A stretch of DNA of 64,000 bases from Bacteroidales bacterium. GTDB lineage: Bacteria > Bacteroidota > Bacteroidia > Bacteroidales > Paludibacteraceae. The DNA lies in NCBI GenBank assembly GCA_015061185.1, contig SUWZ01000011.1:3328-67327 (forward strand), given 5' to 3'. Positions 58,945-64,000 of this stretch are shown here, piece after piece. Within the stretch, counting starts at the first letter, position 1, and every line of letters starts with the position of its first letter. The notes under the pieces are model-generated. The model saw only the letters and a program-made list of their open reading frames with translations, ran no database searches and was not told where the DNA came from. The position numbers were made by a program, and so were the translations under genes.

Positions 58945-59643
58945 TCATAGCAGCTGTGAAGCCCTTAACTCGGCTTCATAACGCTTATACTCGTCGTCAG
59001 AAAGATTACAAACATTTGCTCGCTCTATCAATTCTAATAGATCTAAATCAGCCTTTTCATAAACATTCGGACTGATTTTAGACTTATTACATCCTAAATT
59101 TTTTATCACTTCTAACCAACAATCTTTAGGCGATAGGAGATCTATCTTTGTGATATCAAAGTTTTCTAAAAAGATAAAATACTTTCGCATTCCGCTTTCA
59201 AAAGGGACTTTTTTTATTCTATCAAACTCTTGGGTCACTACGATAGGCCTTCTTTCATCCTCAAAACATTTATCAAGCAAGAATACACCAACTTTATGAG
59301 TAATGTCTATTCTCCTACTTGCCAAGCACTGTACCCGACTTAAAGCTTGTTCCGCCAACAACAAAAAATAAAATTTCGATTGTACTTTGAAAGATAAACG
59401 TAAACAATTTTGGAGTTCAACAATTATTTTATCTCCAGAATCAGTTGTACATAAAAGATCAAAAATAACACCACAACCATCTAAACTTTCTGAGAATACC
59501 TCAATATTCTCAAAAGAAAGAGACTTAATCTCTCCATAGTCTTCACTTAAAAGACTATTCAAAAACGAGCGCATTTGCGACTCTCTACCCATAAGGTAAT
59601 TAAAACCCCAATCAATTTTCAAATCTACATAGCGATTTTTCAT
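58945..59643 (-). CDS. Rpn/YhgA-like PD-(D/E)xK recombination-promoting nuclease / putative transposase family protein
   Basis: N-terminal YVDLKIDWGFNYLMG and the core IFDLLCTTDSGDKIIVELQN. The listed start at 59709 is TTG, and the ATG is at 59643. Confidence 0.7.
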   Translation of the reverse strand: MKNRYVDLKIDWGFNYLMGRESQMRSFLNSLLSEDYGEIKSLSFENIEVFSESLDGCGVIFDLLCTTDSGDKIIVELQNCLRLSFKVQSKFYFLLLAEQALSRVQCLASRRIDITHKVGVFLLDKCFEDERRPIVVTQEFDRIKKVPFESGMRKYFIFLENFDITKIDLLSPKDCWLEVIKNLGCNKSKISPNVYEKADLDLLELIERANVCNLSDDEYKRYEAELRASQLL

Positions 59644-60268
59644 AAAACAAAACAGTAAATAAATTAATAATACATAAGGAAATTCAATTAAAACAAAAGA
59701 TAAGTACAAACAATTCTTAACCTATTTTACAAACTTTGTAGCTAAAGAAAATCCTTATAAAACACTCTGCAAAGATAGTAAAAACAAAATAAATAAAAGA
59801 CATTTAAGAAATTGTTTTAATTTATTTCGACTCTATTTGAGAAAATTGTTAAAGGAGGGGTTCTATAAATCCATTTCACGGAATTTTTGAATTTATTTCC
59901 AATAAATAGTGTAAATAAGGGATTCTAACCCTTAAAATTAGTTAAACAAGTAATAAATTTTAGAAAATATGTTGCATAACATAAAAATACAACATATATT
60001 TGCACTGTGTTTTTCATGGTATTAGATTTAAGGTTAGAGAGATGGGATGTCGTGATGACATCCTTCTTTAGTTTTATGAGGTTCACACAAACAAAATGGC
60101 AACATTACGAATCGTGGTAAGTTCAATAAATTCACCGTTTTAATTAAGAAAAAAAAATCGTGAAGTAAAAAAACTCTAAATTCGCGAAATGAACTTATAA
60201 AAACCCACCAAGAGTAAAAAATTACCAAAAATAGAAACAAAACATTTTACCATACAAGTCAAAAACAC

Positions 60269-60276
60269 TATCTTTG
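60269..60276 (+). promoter_or_regulatory. -7 box TATCTTTG for mtaB (near-leaderless)
   Basis: The box ends 5 nt before the ATG at 60282. Confidence 0.45.
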
Positions 60277-60281
60277 CGGAT

Positions 60282-61589
60282 ATGACAGACAAAGAATTAT
60301 TTAAAGAAAAAAAGGTTGCATTTCATACCTTGGGATGCAAACTAAATTTTGCAGAAAGTTCAACAATTGGGAAAGAACTCCTCAATCAAGGTTTTCAAGT
60401 AGCTCAATCCGGTGAAAAGGCAGATTTATGCATTATCAACACATGTTCTGTCACCGAAACTGCCGATAAAAAAGATAGGCAAGCCATCAAACAGATGATT
60501 AACAAACATCCTAATGCTTTTGTGGTTGTAATAGGTTGTTATGCTCAATTAAAACCGGAAGAAATTGCGCAGATAGAGGGAGTAGATTTAATTTTGGGGA
60601 CACAAAATAAGTTTGATCTTCCCGAACTACTGTCTAAAATGGAAAAGAAAAGAGAAACACAGATTCTCCACACTTCTCGAAAAGATATCAACCGCTTCTT
60701 TCCCTCTTGTACACGAGGAGATAGAACTCGCTATTGGTTAAAAGTTCAAGATGGATGCGATAATTTTTGCTCCTACTGCACTGTTCCTATAGCACGAGGA
60801 AAAAGTAGAAATGGGTCTGTTGAATCCACAGTAAAACAAGCTCAAGAAGCAGCTTTAGAAGGAGCAAAAGAGATTGTTATATCAGGAGTAAACATTGGAG
60901 ATTTTGGAAAAACAACAGGAGAAACACTTTTGCAACTAATTCAAGCCCTCGAGTCTGTAGAAGGAATAGAGAGATATCGCATCTCATCTATCGAACCCGA
61001 TTTGTTGAGCGAAGAGATTATTCATCATATAGCGCAATCTCATAAATTTGTTCCCCACTTTCATATTCCGCTACAATCCGGTTGCGACAAAGTGTTATCA
61101 TTGATGAAAAGGCATTACGACACAAACTTGTTCCGAAACAAAATCGAATTAATCAATCGTGAAATGCCTAATGCTTTCATTGGGGTTGATGTAATAGTCG
61201 GAACCAATGGAGAAACCGAAGAAGATTTTGCAGAAACTGTGCAATTCATCGATAGTTTAGCCATAGCTCAATTACACGTATTCAGCTACTCAGAACGCGC
61301 CAACACTCAAGCTTTGAAAATCATCGGAAAAGTTCCATATAAAGAGAAAAAAAGAAGAAGCGAAATTTTGCTTTCTCTATCCGAAGAAAAAAGATTAAAA
61401 TTCTATCAATCCCAAATAGGCAAAAACTTATCTATTCTTTGGGAGGAGTCAAAAAAAGGCGATAAAATGCATGGTTTTTCGGAAAATTACATTGTTGTCG
61501 AGATACCCAACAACCCAAACTTGGTGAACCAAATCACCCAAGTTACACCAACTCAATTTAACGCAGACAAAAGTGCACTGATAGTGTAA
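60282..61589 (+). CDS. mtaB: Radical-SAM methylthiotransferase, MtaB-like
   Basis: N-terminal FHTLGCKLNFAES, the radical SAM cluster CDNFCSYCTVP, and a length of 435 aa. Confidence 0.8.
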   Translation: MTDKELFKEKKVAFHTLGCKLNFAESSTIGKELLNQGFQVAQSGEKADLCIINTCSVTETADKKDRQAIKQMINKHPNAFVVVIGCYAQLKPEEIAQIEGVDLILGTQNKFDLPELLSKMEKKRETQILHTSRKDINRFFPSCTRGDRTRYWLKVQDGCDNFCSYCTVPIARGKSRNGSVESTVKQAQEAALEGAKEIVISGVNIGDFGKTTGETLLQLIQALESVEGIERYRISSIEPDLLSEEIIHHIAQSHKFVPHFHIPLQSGCDKVLSLMKRHYDTNLFRNKIELINREMPNAFIGVDVIVGTNGETEEDFAETVQFIDSLAIAQLHVFSYSERANTQALKIIGKVPYKEKKRRSEILLSLSEEKRLKFYQSQIGKNLSILWEESKKGDKMHGFSENYIVVEIPNNPNLVNQITQVTPTQFNADKSALIV

Positions 61590-61671
61590 GAAAAATCCTT
61601 ACCCAATCATTTCCCAAAAATTGGCAGACATAGAATGCTCTTCAAATCATTTCAACGTAAGTCTATAGAAC

Positions 61672-63606
61672 TCACCTGTGACTTTTTATGCTCTGATTGA
61701 GCGTATTTATCAGCAATAATAGAAATCCCAGAACAAACATGGCAAGAGCAATTTCCCCTAAAATAATAATCTGAAAAAAACAGTATAAGAGTCCGGAGAC
61801 CAAAATCATAGCAAGAATAGGGATAAGATAGGCAAAGAAATTTCCCCACTTAATTCGTTTCTTCACCTGCTTAGAAAACAAAATCAAATCTGCCAAAAGA
61901 CTCATTTTGGAAACACCCAACACTAAGTCCGAAAGTGTCGATGAAATTTGAGAAGAATCAGAAAAAGCAACACTCACATCCGCTTGAGCCAATGCCAATA
62001 AATCTCCAAGCGAGACACCCATAACAAGTACTCGTTTCCCTTGCGATTGCAAATTTTTCACCAATTCCAATTTGTCCTCAGCATCCGCATTGGAAATATA
62101 CGAAATAATCGACAATCGTTCGGCCATTTTTTTTGTATGACTCTCAGATTCTGCAGACATCAAATACAACTCTATACCATGCGAACGAAGCAAACTCATC
62201 CACTCCTCTTTCTCTCCTAACCGACTCTCTGGAAGATAAAAAATTGCAGAAACTCTATTATTGACTATCCAATAAACTTCCAAATCTGTCTTACCCATAG
62301 ATCTGGGAAGAGAGATGCTATGAGAAAGCAAAAACTTCCGAGTACCCAAAAGATAGGTTTCATCATTAAAAGATACGATTTCACCGCAATCAGAAGAATA
62401 CTCCGACTTATATTTCACCTCTGAAGGTTGTACATCTTCGCCCAAAGAATCCTGTAAAATTTGAGAAAAAAATTGTTTCTTCTCTTGACAAATAGAGGCA
62501 ATCAGAGATAAAAACATAGATTGTTTTTCTTCCGTTTCATTCCACGCTACTCGCATACAACTCATACTCCCCCTATCCCAACATTTTTTATCCAAAACAA
62601 TTGCATCAATTTTAGCGATATTAGGGATGGCAAATACATTTTTCACACTAAATCCAATACGCTTCAAAAGGTAAGAGGCATAAAAAAGTATAGCCGGAGT
62701 AGATAGTTTCAAGAAAATAGGACAAGCAACAATAAGAACAGAAACTAAAAAATAGAGATCTAAGAATATGGAGGTAGAGAGATTAAAAAATATCCAAAAC
62801 ACAAGCAATATCAACCAAAAAGAGACAACAACACCAACATAAACCGGAGAAATATGCTCAAAGTCGTCTTCATAAACTTTCTTTCTGGCTAAGATATCTT
62901 TTACCTTTTCCACCAAACTCACATACTTAGAGCGAGAGCCCATCATACGCACTTCAAACACAATAGCACCTCCCTTATTGGTTGTACCTGCAAAGATAGC
63001 ATCCCCTTTCTGCTTTGTGACGAATAATGACCTTCCGGAAAGTAAAGATTCATCGACAAAAGAGGTTCCTACAATTATTTCTCCATCAAATGGAACGACC
63101 TCCCCGGAATAAACTTTTATGCGATCACCAGAAACCACATTTTGTGCTTCCACTTCAACAATCACACCATTATCCAATACAACATGAACATTCCGAGGTA
63201 AAACATCCGGCAATTCCAAATCAAACTCTTTTCGATGCAATATAACAACCCAAAAGCAACCTAATAAATAGAATGTTACAAGCCAACTAATAAAAATGAA
63301 ACAAGCTAATTCAGTCTTTTCAGACATAAAAGAAAGCATGAGAAAAAAAGTTCCAATCCAAGTAAAAAAAATAGATATAACAACTGCACCACCCACATTG
63401 GCAATTTTTTTAACAACACCTATTTTAAAAGCATGATATAGTGATTTTGAAAATAACGCAATTTGAAAAGTTACCCCCACGAATAATAGGACTGAAAGAT
63501 TATTTAAACCATGAGAAAAACCATACAACCAAGATAAAAAAAGTGAAATGACCATGGAGCCATAAAAACGAAGACGCGGAAGTTTTAGTAAATCTCTTTT
63601 TTTCAT
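61672..63606 (-). CDS. P1B-type ATPase homologue with degenerate catalytic motifs
   Basis: The actuator-like segment is GDRIKVYSGEVVPFDGEIIVGTSFVDESLLSGRS. The protein has ACP in place of CPC, DKKCW in place of DKTGT, and GVSLGD in place of GDGxND. Confidence 0.75.
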   Translation of the reverse strand: MKKRDLLKLPRLRFYGSMVISLFLSWLYGFSHGLNNLSVLLFVGVTFQIALFSKSLYHAFKIGVVKKIANVGGAVVISIFFTWIGTFFLMLSFMSEKTELACFIFISWLVTFYLLGCFWVVILHRKEFDLELPDVLPRNVHVVLDNGVIVEVEAQNVVSGDRIKVYSGEVVPFDGEIIVGTSFVDESLLSGRSLFVTKQKGDAIFAGTTNKGGAIVFEVRMMGSRSKYVSLVEKVKDILARKKVYEDDFEHISPVYVGVVVSFWLILLVFWIFFNLSTSIFLDLYFLVSVLIVACPIFLKLSTPAILFYASYLLKRIGFSVKNVFAIPNIAKIDAIVLDKKCWDRGSMSCMRVAWNETEEKQSMFLSLIASICQEKKQFFSQILQDSLGEDVQPSEVKYKSEYSSDCGEIVSFNDETYLLGTRKFLLSHSISLPRSMGKTDLEVYWIVNNRVSAIFYLPESRLGEKEEWMSLLRSHGIELYLMSAESESHTKKMAERLSIISYISNADAEDKLELVKNLQSQGKRVLVMGVSLGDLLALAQADVSVAFSDSSQISSTLSDLVLGVSKMSLLADLILFSKQVKKRIKWGNFFAYLIPILAMILVSGLLYCFFQIIILGEIALAMFVLGFLLLLINTLNQSIKSHR

Positions 63607-64000
63607 AGTTATGAAATTTATTTGGGGTAAGTTCTATCAATTTGAGCAAGAAGATTTATAGATACTACCTAAAAACTACTAATTGCAAATTAGTATAGGT
63701 GAGTTCTATAAACAATGCTAAAACAACCAATATTAACTCAATGTTCAAGTAGTCAAAAAAAAGATAATTGAAGAAAACTTTAAAAGTTAAAAGTAAAGTT
63801 TTTTACTCTTACCCAATTTGAACATAATGGCAATTTACCCAAAAAACAGATTAAAACATCAAAGCAAAGAAAAAAACATTCAAATAAATATCGATAATCA
63901 ACCAACATAATTAATATATATCAAACATATATACAATATTGCACTATTAACAGAATAAAAATTAATTATCAGAACACGGCTCTTTCATTTAAAAATCACA

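Noticed and set aside
58945-59643. The Rpn/YhgA-like nuclease gene as the driver of the local rearrangements or repeat families
   Set aside because: It is more than 12 kb from the island and the inversion junctions. It is not flanked by inverted repeats that I can see, and proteins of this family are common chromosomal genes. There is no sequence-level link to the repeats.

Overview
This is an AT-rich bacterial chromosome segment, most likely Bacteroidota and probably Bacteroidales. The evidence is TAnnTTTG-type -7 promoter boxes, the T9SS/gliding genes gldF and type A and B sorting domains, a fused murF-alr, and a grpE-dnaJ operon.

Most of the window is housekeeping backbone: aspS, murF/alr, dnaJ, grpE, iorA, iorB, ilvC, mtaB, rlmI, M16 and M48 peptidases, and secreted or lipoprotein genes.

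Three parts look accessory:
- **1-4.2 kb.** A 5'-truncated ABC-type ATPase overlaps a small protein with a PD-(D/E)xK-like motif. A decayed DUF1848 relic follows. Then comes a satD/DUF3307 cassette bracketed by two near-identical arrays of 29-bp-phased palindromes.
- **23.5-25.7 kb and 31.8-32.9 kb.** Both are long ORF-free AT-rich stretches full of repeats.
- **36.2-46.6 kb.** This block is visibly more GC-rich and carries a Type III R-M system in the order mod, four-helix-bundle gene, res. Two paralogous AAA+/DUF4143 ATPase genes flank it.

The most unusual structures sit in the third block:
- 33-bp-phased direct-repeat arrays are attached to both ATPase genes. There are 3 copies upstream of one gene, and 11 upstream plus about 6 downstream of the other.
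- Four tandem 179-bp internally deleted copies of the four-helix-bundle cassette lie between mod and res.
- AGGAATT/AGGAGTT heptamer blocks form the cassette termini and also occur in-frame inside mod.
- A hairpin-rich, GC-rich untranslated segment lies upstream of mod.

Other observations:
- iorA and iorB are uncoupled and convergent, which suggests an inversion of about 5.5 kb.
- The P1B-type ATPase homologue has all three catalytic motifs degenerate.
- Two dispersed repeat families are present.

Reading by eye I found no tRNA, rRNA, CRISPR array, integrase or classical transposase. All family assignments come from motif recognition without database searches.
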